Source of the DNA: Eledone cirrhosa
Taxonomy: Eukaryota
NCBI GenBank assembly: GCA_964016885.1
Contig: OZ024742.1
Location: 255,378,001 to 255,442,000 of the forward strand
DNA length: 64,000 nucleotides
Direction of reading: 5' to 3'
Shown: positions 41,742-54,276 of the stretch, piece by piece
Layout of the letters: every line of letters begins with the position of its first letter
How positions within the stretch are numbered: the stretch's first letter is position 1
Program-made: the position numbers and the translations under genes
The notes under the pieces: model-generated
Seen by the model: only the letters and a program-made list of their open reading frames with translations
Told to the model about the DNA's origin: nothing
Database searches by the model: none

Positions 41742-44070
41742 TATATCAAGCGTTAACCTAATATATCCCTTCCATATACTGTACCGATTGTGTTGTTATT
41801 TTTGTTTACTTTTTGCATACATATATACATATATCAACGCTTACGTGGACCTCTCAACATATGTTGGATTTTCTAATTGGATTTTCACCCCGAAACTGGT
41901 ACACCTGAACTTCCACCAGGAAATCTTTCGTATCATTGAATTTAAATATTCCATAACTCTCTACCATTTTTCCTCTACTACAATCTTCTTACACCACCTT
42001 CTTCTCATCCGTCTATTTTCCACTCCCACCCTAGTACCTTCAATATACCCAATCTCAAATCTTTTCTCCGCCAGCTCCATTCTACTCTCAAGCGCTTCCT
42101 CCAACCTCTCCCCTATATGCATCCAATCATCCCTGCATCTCTCCAACCTCATCTTCAACAAAACACGGTACAAAAGTCACATCACATTTTTAAGTCACTG
42201 TCTCCACCACCACCTCATTCCCCGCAGTTTCCCCGTCACCACCCATACTCATATCACCTCCAACCCTAACCCCTCTATCCCGTCACCTACCACCCCTTTC
42301 CTCTCACCACCACTGAATCTGCACACGCTTTGCCCAACCACTTTGACCCCTCCACCTCCATCTCTTTCACTCCCTCACGTCCCTGTACTGTAGTCACCAT
42401 ACCCCAGGACCTACCACTCTCCGAAGCTGAGCGCTCCCTCCTCGCCCGTGGTTTGCGTTTCATACCAACCACATCTACCTGCGACGAATTCCGCACTCGT
42501 CCGAGATTGAATGGTTCTTCCGTCGATTAAAGCTGAAAGCTTTTTTTCACGACACGCCCTCATCGACACAGACGGATGACTTCAGTCGTCTCACTTGCCG
42601 GGCAATCACATTGGAACCGAGCTCTGGCCAGTTAAGCACCCTCGACTCCTTTGTCGATACTTGCCGGCGTACTGTGAATCGGTTCCGTTTCCACCAGCAT
42701 TCTCGTCGCTCTAACATCACGCGGACTGAGCTCTGCGCTCTTCGCAATCTTCGGCGTGCGCGATGACATTGTCATCAAACCCGCTGACAAAGGTGGCGCT
42801 GTGTTGGTTTGGAGCGCTGACCTCTATAGGGCTGAGGCACTCTGCCAGCTTCAAAATACCCTTTTTTACCGCCCTGTATCATACGATCCCCTCCTGGCTA
42901 CAAACAATTCGTGTCCTCCACTCTCCTACCCCACAGCCACCAACCTTATTGTGCGCACTCCTCACAAGCCCACCATCTACTTCCTCCCCAAAATACACAA
43001 ACAAAATGATCCCGGCCGTCTTATCGTTTCTCCGTGCAACTGCCCCACCGAGATAATTTCTGAATATTTAGACACCATCCTCGCCCGTTGGTCAGCAATC
43101 TCCCATCCCACATCCGCGATACAAATCATGCCATTAGACTCTTCAACTCTTTCAACTGGTCCCTCCCGCCTTCTCTTTACCCTGGACATCACATCTCTCT
43201 ATACCGTCATCCCTCATGATGACGGCCTCCGTGCTCTCCAACAGTTTTTAGATTTATGTTCTACCCCTTACACTAGCACCACCACTCTTCTCCGTCTGGC
43301 TGAGCTTGTTCTCGCTTTTATCCAAACCCACCCATTACTGCTTTTAAGCGCGCCCGCAACCTCTGCGACTTCCTGGTTCGCAGTTCCTTTTCGTCCTCTC
43401 CCACGACTCCACCCGGCTCTCATCCTTATTCCCGTTCCCGCTGCAACACTTATCCCTTTATTTCCACCCTCACCACTCTTACAGGCCCTAACGGGTCTTT
43501 CTGTATCCGCCATTCCTTCACCTGCACATCCACCCACGTTGTCTATGCCCTCCGATGTTCCCTTTGCGGGTCTTTATATATCGGACAAATGGGTCGCCGT
43601 ATGGCGGACCGATTTGCCGAACATTTGAGGGACATACGACTCGGTTTGGATACTCCTGTCGCCCGTCATTTCTGTTCGCCTGGTCATTATTCCCTACATG
43701 TTTCAGTCCTGGGTGTCCTTTTACATCATTGATCGCAATCCTCGCGCACCAGGACTGAACAAAGTCTGATTCACCGCCTTGGGTCTTAATCCCCTCTTGG
43801 ACTCAACTCACCTCCCCAATTTCTTTAATAACCCGTCCATTATCACACCCCTAGATTCCTATCACTTTCTCTTGATCATTAGCAGCTTCACTTACAACTA
43901 ATACATGTCGACTATATATGCTCACTCCACTTTTCCCTTCACTGCTCTGTATACACACATACACACCCTTCTATTAACATACTTTTGCTCATAGCTTCGT
44001 ACTTACATTTACAGACACTCTTTTACTCACATATATACACACATTTCTTCTTAGCTTCTTACGGACGTAT

Positions 44071-44143
<73 letters not shown>

Positions 44144-44482
44144 CTTACGCACGTGCACAAGTATAGCTCTTTTTACAAAACATTTTTTTTTCCATTTCAG
44201 GTAGACCCTCTCCATCAACCAATTTTCTAAAAAATAAATCATAAAAAAAGCATCAGCACCAACAGTTTTGCAAGAGATGTTTACATGAATGTTATTTTTA
44301 TCTAAAGACATTTTTTCCAATTCCAACCCGCTCGTCCCCTCAATCTATCTTATTTCCCATTCTTTCTTCTGATGAAGGACTAGCGTCCGAAACGTTAAGA
44401 CCCTCTGCCTGCTATATCAAGCGTTAACCTAATATATCCATTCCATATACTGTACCGATTGTGTTGTTATTTCTGTTTACCA
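41742..44482 (+). mobile_element. Penelope-like element (possibly Neptune-type), internally deleted, bracketed by a ~68-bp direct repeat
   Basis: LSEAERSLLARGLRFIPT; DDIVIKPADKGGAV; YFLPKIHK; LFTLDITSLYTVIPH; other frame FTCTSTHVVYALRCSLCGSLYIGQMGRRMADRFAEHL (GIY-YIG); repeat at 41742-41809 and 44413-44480. Confidence 0.93.
44365..44400 (+). ncRNA. Minimal type I hammerhead ribozyme in the PLE 3' pLTR
   Basis: TCTT-CTGATGA-A-GGAC TAGC GTCC-GAAAC-GTT/AAGA; palindromic AACGTT suits a dimeric stem III. Confidence 0.85.
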
Positions 44483-44498
44483 TTGATATATATATATG

Positions 44499-44643
<145 letters not shown>

Positions 44644-44644
44644 G

Positions 44645-45575
44645 TAGAACACTGGAAGGTAATATCCATAGTGGTAGAGCACCCAGTCTATGGGACGAGT
44701 TATTTCACCATACCGAGAACAATTGTTTCACCTTAGTCGATCCTCAGCTCGGAATGGGCATGGTTATAGGAAGAGGAAGGACAACCGTACGAACGCGCAT
44801 GCGCAGAAACCGGTCTCTCCACACAGGCAATACTAGAATGCGTGTGTGAGGTGTAAGGGAGATAGCTGCGAAAGTCCGAAAAGTTTTTAGTTGATAAGAA
44901 AATTACAATGATTCAATCCGGAGCTTTGTAGTTACATTGCTGTTGAAGGGGACAATGCAACACACCAGCTGGAATTTATGAAACTGTGGTCACTTCCAAC
45001 CGACCAAACCAACCACAGGAGGTCAAATCCAATGTGGGCATGGCGGAGGGCCGATTTAAGGAACGTTTCCTGAACCACCAGTCGACCTTTAGGTACTCGG
45101 ACAGACGTTCATCCACGGAACTAGCGAGCCACGTATGGTCCCTCAAAGACTCAGGCATAGACTACTCCATTCAATGGAAAGCCATCACTGAGTCCAAGCC
45201 ATACGCAAGGGGAAATCCGACGTGTGGCTTATGTATTGACGAACGAATAACTATTCTAGAGGGATTAGGAAATAGCGATTGCCTAAACACGTTGTCCACA
45301 CGTCACCAAACACCTATTGCATAACTACAAAGCTCCGGATTGAATCATTGTAATTTTCTTATCAACTAAAAACTTTTCGGACTTTCGCAGTTATCTCTCT
45401 TACACCTCTCGCCCACATTCTAGTATTGCCTGTGTGAAGTGACCGGTTTCTGCACATGCGCGTTCGTACGGTTGTCCTTCCTGTTCCTATAGCCATGCCC
45501 ATTCCGAGCTGAGCATCCGCTAAAGTGAAACAATTGTTCTCGGTATGGTGAACTAACTGTTGTGTAACCACTTCT
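44645..45575 (+). mobile_element. 5'-truncated PLE: GIY-YIG fragment between ~235-bp inverted pLTR arms
   Basis: KGQCNTPAGIYETVV..NVGMAEGRFKERFLNHQSTF..TELASHVWSLKD..CGLCIDE; arms 44705-44932 and 45322-45552. Confidence 0.9.
44713..44752 (-). ncRNA. Minimal type I hammerhead ribozyme (mirror copy 45504-45543 on + has CTGAGCA)
   Basis: CCGAG-CTGAGGA-TCGACTAAGGT-GAAA-CAATTG-TT/CTCGG. Confidence 0.75.
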
Positions 45576-45593
45576 ATATATATATATATATAT

Positions 45594-46323
45594 ACGATAC
45601 ATTAACGGAGCCATAGACTCTCGTGGTTCCTTGTAAATAATGTGCTCAAAGGAGAGGAAATCCTGAGCTCTTTAAAATACAATATGTTGAAAAGGTAACA
45701 CACTAGAGAGAGATACAGTGCGCTATCAATAAAACAGGGAAAAAACCACCAGTGTATGGAATCTATAACCTATGAAAGACAGAGTATAGACACGATAATT
45801 AAAAATATAAATTAAAGCGTAAATGAATACCTCTATAACTATATAACACACGTACAAATCCAAAGTGATCTGTTTCGCCAGTAAGTTGTTGACAAAAATG
45901 AAATAACCCAGGTTCATCAGCGTGTGTAAGCCTATACATTTCAGACAACACTAAGAGAATTTTTAAAGCGACCGTCCAGCTACACGTGGGAGAGAGAAGT
46001 CACAGCGTGTTTAAGGGCAGGAACCAGTGGCCTCTGAGGGACGAGCTGCTAGAAAGGGCAGCCCCAAACCACTCAGAGAAGTGTGCTCAACCAAATAGAG
46101 AGAGAAGAAAGACTGTTATAAGGAGCGAAATATCACGATACATTAACGGAGCCATAGACTCTCGCCGTTCCCTGTAAATAATGTGCTCAAAGGAGGGGAA
46201 ATCTTGAGCTCTTTAAAATACAATATGTTGAAAAGGTAACACACTAGAGAGAGATACAGTGCGCTATATTTTATTGATAGCGCACTGTATCTCTCTCTGT
46301 TGTGTTACCTTTTCAACATATTG
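45594..46323 (-). mobile_element. ORF-less 541-nt unit with ~132-bp terminal direct repeat, 5' fold-back and HHR (retrozyme-like or mini-PLE)
   Basis: 45594-45726 matches 46135-46267; 46270-46323 is an inverted copy; (TA) flanks. Confidence 0.75.
45846..45927 (-). ncRNA. Full-size type I hammerhead ribozyme
   Basis: ACACACG-CTGATGA-[37-nt stem-loop II region]-GAAA-CAGATC ACTTTG GATTTG-TA/CGTGTGT; 7-bp stem I, 7-bp stem III, GUA triplet. Confidence 0.88.
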
Positions 46324-46334
46324 AATATATATCT

Positions 46335-46535
46335 ATCTATCTAAGGCGGGTAAAATTCCCGAGATCCATGGACGAGTTCTCTCCAGCGGTCTCTGTCCCT
46401 CATTATCGCTGCCATATCCTGCATCTCCAACAGACCAGTGTCTGTCCTTAGGGCATCAACATATGTTAACCTTGGTCTTCCTCTTCTAGTGTGTCCATGT
46501 AGGGGCTCCCAAAGGAGCACTGAGTGCAATGTCAA
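46335..46535 (-). mobile_element. RTE-like LINE 3' fragment, second copy
   Basis: [41 protein letters not shown]; high similarity to 8450-8645. Confidence 0.85.
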
Positions 46536-46569
<34 letters not shown>

Positions 46570-46577
46570 TATATATA

Positions 46578-46663
<86 letters not shown>

Positions 46664-46681
46664 TATATATATATATGTCAA

Positions 46682-46753
<72 letters not shown>

Positions 46754-46786
46754 TAAATATGTTTTGAAACAGTGAGCAGGTTTGAA

Positions 46787-46987
46787 ATTAGAAAATAGAA
46801 TAGCTTTCACCATATTTTTTTACTAAAGAAATTTTAGTCTGATAATGGTGTTTAGAACCCTCAAATAAATGGAAAAGGATGAGTATTGATGTACGTCAAT
46901 ACTCATCTTTTTCCATTTATCTGAGGGTTCTAAACCCCATTATCAGACTAAAATTTCTTTAGTAAAAAAATACGGTGAAAGCTATTC

Positions 46988-46998
<11 letters not shown>
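46787..46998. repeat. ~104-bp-arm near-perfect palindrome between (TA)n tracts
   Basis: Centre GTAC at 46891-46894; only a few mismatches between arms. Confidence 0.93.
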
Positions 46999-47043
<45 letters not shown>

Positions 47044-47086
47044 CTTATATATATATGTATATACATATTTATATATATATATATAT

Positions 47087-47119
<33 letters not shown>

Positions 47120-47558
47120 TCACACACACACATAAACACACACACACACACACATATATATATTTATATTTATACACACTTATATAGACGCCCACACACA
47201 CACACACACATATGCAATGGTAGGCCTCCCCAAGATACAATTTAACAATCATCTCATAGTGAGAGCTATTAAATATTCATTCTATATGGGACTTTTTTTT
47301 ATAACGCTCTTTCCATTTGTTGCTGACTCTACGAGGCGTACGTAGCAGTTTAAGTTCTAACAAGTGAGTGTGATAAAAAATTAATCAATAAAAAAAAGTG
47401 GAGTTGAAGAATAAGTAATGATATAAAGACTGGGTGGGGGAGAAAATATAAGAACCGAAAAAAAATAATAAAGAAAATAATAGATGGAACTAGAGAAAGG
47501 CTAAAAAAAATAAGGGTGGTATGCTGAGAGAGAAAAACAATTAGAGTAAACGAGAAAG

Positions 47559-47608
<50 letters not shown>

Positions 47609-47736
47609 AGAAAGCGATATAAAGATATGGAGGGAAGGAGAACGTTTATGAGAGGTAATTTAAGGAAAACATAATCCCATGGAAAACATAAAAAAATATT
47701 TACCCTATTATATAAAACATAAAAAAATATGTACTC

Positions 47737-47791
<55 letters not shown>

Positions 47792-47979
47792 CATGTATAT
47801 GTTATATATATACTTCACGAGCATTTAAGCGTACATTTGAAAACAGATCTAATGCTTCAATTACATATCAGAGTATGAAAGGATAAATATAAGTGCATCT
47901 AAGTGCAGCCCTGAAAGCATTTCCAACGTTAAATGCTAAAGTAAGCGTTTATGCAACGAACATTGATGGCTGACTAACA

Positions 47980-48162
47980 GCTACACATGTTCTCTCCCTT
48001 TTTTACTTTTCCCTGTTTTCATCTGTGTTCCCCTTTTTCTATCTCCCAAATATCTACACTTTGTGATACTATCATCCGACGAAGGACTAGCGTTCGAAAT
48101 GTTTACAGAATCATTGTGTTGTGTTATTGTCTCACCCTTTTTTTTCTTGTTGACGTTCCTTA
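47980..48162 (+). mobile_element. Solo pLTR-like fragment with a degenerate HHR
   Basis: CCGACGAAGGACTAGCGTTCGAAATGTT (48076-48103) resembles the 44369-44396 HHR; followed by TTGTGTTGT and (TA)n as there. Confidence 0.55.
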
Positions 48163-48212
48163 TATATATATATATATATATATACATATATTTACACATA
48201 TATATATGCATA

Positions 48213-48261
<49 letters not shown>

Positions 48262-48450
48262 GATGATAGTTGCCCCCTCGTTATTGCGTATGGCCATTGC
48301 ACGATATAGCATTATTAATAATGATCAATTAATGAATTAATGCTATCGTGACATGCCAATGCGTGAAGACTTTTTAAAATAATGTGAGGAAAGACTGCGC
48401 ACTGAGCCAATCCCTCTCTCTGAGTGACAGTAGCTATAACCCGAAAAGAA

Positions 48451-48543
<93 letters not shown>

Positions 48544-48665
48544 TGTGTGTGTGCGTGTGTGTGTGTTTGTGTGTAAGAAACGTCAACAGACAAGTTTGCA
48601 CTATATACAATTGCGCATTTCCTGCCGATGATTTTTATTTGCAATATGATATGCGCATGTCCATA

Positions 48666-48985
48666 AGGCGGCGAATTGGTAGAGTCGTTAGAACGTCGGA
48701 TTGAATGTCTTATGTTATTCGTTCCGGCTCTCTGCTCCCTGAGTTCAACTCACGCTGTGGTTAACTTTGCCTTTCATCCTTTCGAGGTCAATAAAAAAAA
48801 AGAACCAGTCTAGTACTGGGGTTGATTATTACTCCCCCCCCCATCTCTCTCTCTGGAAGAAATCTGCTGTACTCAGGCCTGGAGATGGATGGGCTCCGCC
48901 AAGGCTTAAAATGCCCAAGAAACGCCGTATGTTAATATGGTGCCCGTACGACTCAATCAGGAGTTATGGAACCATACATACATGA
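48666..48985 (+). mobile_element. tRNA-derived SINE, long-tailed subfamily
   Basis: Homologous to 26850-27135 and to the reverse complement of 25125-25438. Confidence 0.85.
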
Positions 48986-49292
48986 GCATGTCCAGCAAAC
49001 CATCAATACACAAAATCACCATAGGCTTTATCCTATATTTATCTTAATAAAACTGAGTAAATATCACTGATAAAAGTTTAACGAATCTTCAAACAGGTAT
49101 CTGACATTGTCACCGGCTAGTGAGCTAGCTGTGACATGTTCATAGCATAAAAATAAGGAAAAAATAATTTTCATAGAGAAACGCTTTTTTCTTTCATAGT
49201 TCTTATGTATTGTATATAAGGTTATCATATATGTTTCCATATAATCCCTATTATTTTCAACGCTATGTTAGTGCTACCGCCAACACACACAG

Positions 49293-49374
<82 letters not shown>

Positions 49375-49701
49375 TGTCCAGAAATTGCTACTGTTCACTA
49401 CAGCACGACACTCCTGTTCTTTGGCACGAAAGTACCACAAAAGTCGCTGCCTAATCGCGTGATCATTCTCAACCCTATCAAATTATACTTTAAGCTTGAG
49501 CCACTTTTTCTTGCATAAAACTGAAAGAATTTTCCAACATCAGTCAGATGTGAGATACAAGTCAGCATAGCCACACATCTCTCCATCTCTCTAACTTTTG
49601 AAAATCATGAAACTTGTGAAACCGGTAAAGTTGCAAATAATAAAAAAAAAAACTTTTTAAAGACTCCAATTGCACTTTTACATTTTCAACTTCTTTTCCT
49701 G

Positions 49702-49804
<103 letters not shown>

Positions 49805-49820
49805 GTGAGTGTGTGTGTGA

Positions 49821-49853
<33 letters not shown>

Positions 49854-49952
49854 ATATATATACATGTAAAGTTATATTTAAAATTGTTGGGTTACAACTA
49901 GTAAATATTTATAACTGATATAAAAGCACTCGACAAATATTTGGAGTATATT

Positions 49953-50241
49953 TACAATATTAAATAAATGGAAAACTATATTTATAAAACCATATCTATT
50001 TCATTATATATATTTCGGGGATATCATATTAACAAGAGGTTTACGCTAGCAGTCTAGCGTAAACCTCTTCAAATGAAGTTGATGTTTATTACGGTATGTC
50101 GAATATATTTATCTATAAAACTGTTTATATTGTATTTTGTCTGATGAAGGCATAGCATATTGTTAATATGATATCCCCGAAATATATATAATGAAATAGA
50201 TATGGTTTTATAAATATAGTTTTCCATTTATTTAATATTGT
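49953..50241. mobile_element. pLTR-like fold-back with ~80-bp arms, internal hairpin and HHR (50135-50196, +)
   Basis: Arms 49953-50035 and 50160-50241; hairpin AAGAGGTTTACGCTAG cagt CTAGCGTAAACCTCTT; TTTTGT-CTGATGA-..-GAAA-TATATA-TA/ATGAAA. Confidence 0.75.
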
Positions 50242-50463
50242 ATATAATATATATATATATATATATACAAATTAATATAAATTAATATATGATAAACACT
50301 AATACAATTATATAAGTCTTTGTATTGCAAATGACCAAGTTAGCTAGATTGAAAAATACTAATTAAATTAATAAAGTTTGCCTGTCTCGAACCATGTTAG
50401 CTAGATATTTAGAAATATCTCTTTCTTTGAGCTATTTAATTGTAAAAGACTGTTTGATTTTAT

Positions 50464-50618
<155 letters not shown>

Positions 50619-50629
50619 TATATATATTA

Positions 50630-51190
50630 TGGCTTTGTATTTGTTCTGTAATATTCTTGATGCGAAAACGTGGTTTGAAATATATATTGTTATCATACAT
50701 CGTGTATACGTAACCGATCTCTCAAACTTTTACAAAGCACCGAGAAGAAATATTAAATATAAACAATGATATTCTCATGCGCGCAGATGCTATAAAATAG
50801 GATGAAGACTCTTAAAGACAGAAAATGAAGTTGCCATCGACGGCTATAATGATTCGATCCCTATATATCTCAGATACCTAGCTATTTAGTCATATCTCCG
50901 CACATGAGCGCATCGTTCTCTATATATATTATTATATTTCGCGAGGGTGATGGTGCACAAAAACCAGTTGAGTTTCACTTCTGTTTATATTATTATATTG
51001 GAAAAGTGAAAAAGGATGGAGTAAATGGAGAAGGCGAAACGAGGAAGAGTCACTGAGGCCAAAATGTCATTGTGAAGGTCAAAGAATGTGCGACGAAAGA
51101 GCTCTGACAATTAGAGAGCCGTTTAGTTGCTAACCGACCGATAAATATATTAGTTATCTGACTAGTAATAAAAATCGATGTGAAACTCAA
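50630..51190 (+). mobile_element. pLTR-like element; diverged opposite-orientation copy at 52716-53005
   Basis: 50800-51081 matches the reverse complement of 52716-53003; degenerate HHR at 51065-51109 (TGTCA..GAAA-GAGCTC/TGACA). Confidence 0.65.
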
Positions 51191-51289
51191 AATCAAATGG
51201 GGCTTGTGTTTTTATTCGGCATCATGGCCATCATAAAGTATAGCAATATATACATACACACGCACACACACACACGCACACACGCACAC

Positions 51290-51357
<68 letters not shown>

Positions 51358-51358
51358 G

Positions 51359-51389
<31 letters not shown>

Positions 51390-51565
51390 AGACACACACA
51401 CACATATATATATATGTATAATCGTAAAGAGAAGAGTGCGAAGTGTTAGCTAAGCGGTGAATGATAATACCAGCTCCTCCCCCACCACCACCACCACCAT
51501 CACTAACACCAACACTACCAGAGTTACTACTATTAATACTCCTCCTCCTCCTACTGCCTCTGCTG

Positions 51566-51641
<76 letters not shown>

Positions 51642-52041
51642 AATAATGGGATGTCAACTGAATATTATTAGTTAATGTAATTTACTATGTAACATTAGAG
51701 AACGTATGGAAATATCGTTAGGGAAGAAGAGTTGTCTTTATTTTTAGTAACGTCATTTATTTTCACTTTCGCTTTCACTGCTTTAAGCTTCTTTCCCCGC
51801 CATTTTCATCACATTCTCACCCTTGCTAAGTATAATGTGATGATGTGGTTTATTGTTTAAGTATTTCACCTTTCTGTCTCTCTATGGTGAGTAGTTTTAT
51901 GTGATCTTTATTATTTTTTCCATGCTATGTTGTAGTGTGCATAAAATGACTATCTCTATGAATGTATGAATGTGTGTATGAATGTATGTATGTATGTATG
52001 TATGTATCTATGTATATATATATATATGTGTATATATATAT

Positions 52042-52086
<45 letters not shown>

Positions 52087-52126
52087 TATATGTATATATG
52101 TATATATATATATGTATATATATATA

Positions 52127-52204
<78 letters not shown>

Positions 52205-52433
52205 TATAGATATATATATATATATGTATATAAATTAAGGATTGTTTTCCAAAGGGCGTCGAAAAAATCACACACATTTAAATAGGGTACGCAATGCGGT
52301 TGTATATTAGAAGCACATTTATTTTATATAGATATGACTAGAAGTTTTTCATTCGTAGGAAATAATCAGTAATGTCCAGGACATTCCTGTTGATTTCATA
52401 GAATTGAAAGACATCTAGTCCTATAGGTGGCAC

Positions 52434-52506
<73 letters not shown>

Positions 52507-52510
52507 CCTC

Positions 52511-52604
<94 letters not shown>

Positions 52605-52615
52605 ATATATATATG

Positions 52616-52672
<57 letters not shown>

Positions 52673-53254
52673 ATACATATATATATATACACACACACAT
52701 ATATATATATATATATGACCTTCACAGTGACATTTTGGCCTGTTACCCTTCCTCGTTTCGCCTTCTCCATTTACTCCATCTTTTTTCACTTCACTATATA
52801 ATAATATAAACAGAAGTGAAACTCAACTGGTTTTTGTCCTTTTATTCGCACCATGACCCTCGCAAAATATAATAATATATATAAAGAATGATGCACTCAT
52901 GTGCGGAGATGTGACTAAGTAGCTAGTTATCTGAGATATATAGGGATCGAATCATCATAGAGGCCAATAGAAACTTCTTTTTCCGTTTTAAATGGTCTTC
53001 ACCCAGATGCGAGAAAGACCACAAACCCTCCATCGCAATTCTACTTGGAAAACGACACTAAACACTCACACGTGGTGGAGCGCGCGCGTGGGTGTGTGTG
53101 TATGTGGACAAGCTTCTGTGAAACCTGAATTCAATATTATTTGAAGAAAAGTTATTTCAATAACGAACCTAATGTTATCCAGGGAGAATCTTTATTTCAA
53201 AACTGGACATACCGTTACTCACTGTCTCATTGAAATTAAATAACAATATTTCAA

Positions 53255-53492
53255 TATGGTTAACTTTGCCTTTCATCCTTACGGCGTCGATAAAATAAAG
53301 TACCAGTAATGGATTGGGTAATTTCTGGCCTTGAGCCAAAATTAGAAACAATGATTTCAATATATGATCTGAGTTCAAATCCCGCCGAGATTAACTTTGC
53401 CTTTCATCCTTACGGGGTCGGTAAAATAAAGTACCAGTAATACACTGGGTAATTGCTGGCCTTGTGCCAAAAGTAGAAACAATTATTTCAAT
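53255..53492 (+). mobile_element. Two tandem 5'-truncated SINE copies (4280 family)
   Basis: TTAACTTTGCCTTTCATCCTTACGG..AGAAACAAT..TTTCAATAT occurs twice, about 130 bp apart. Confidence 0.85.
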
Positions 53493-54276
53493 ATAGGACA
53501 CAGTGTTATCTAATATTCCTATGACATTAGAATGAAGTGAATTGAAGAAACGCTATTGCAATAGCAGGCGTACTGCTATCTAAGATTTAAATATACATTA
53601 TCTCAAAGTATGTTCGGGTAAAAAGAGTACATTGATATCCGGCAACGGCGTCCTTGCTTCATGAATTTTTCAACCCAGCCTTGGTTACTGGTTCTGCTGG
53701 CAAGCTAACCGTAGATTTTTATGGTGTAAATGGAGTCGACAAATTTAATTGCTGATTTTTGTCGGCATAAATCAGCAACTAAATTTGAGAACTTTAGACC
53801 AGATTAATTCCATCTTATCTATTCCATAACCCAGATTGTACCACTTGGATCTATTATGATATCACATTATCAACATCATCATCATTATAATTATAACTAT
53901 AATTGTCACCATCTATCAAAGAACAACATCAAAACCTCTTATATTTACATTCTTATTTTATTTATATATATATTTTCACTCTTTACCTTAATATGTCTCT
54001 CCCTAAATTTATCTCATATCTGTCATTCTATTTTATCATGTAATTTAACTTAAAACTAATTAATTTATTTATTTATTAAAATAACTAATACACACATAAA
54101 TATATTTAACATTACCATATTTTCACCATTTTTTCCTAAATTTCTTTTACATATATATTTTTATTTTTATTTACATTTATTTATGCATTAACGTTTATTC
54201 ATCTATTTGTCCCTCTATCCTTCTTCTCTCATACGTTTATTCTTATTTACGTTTGTCTCTCATCTATATATCATCA

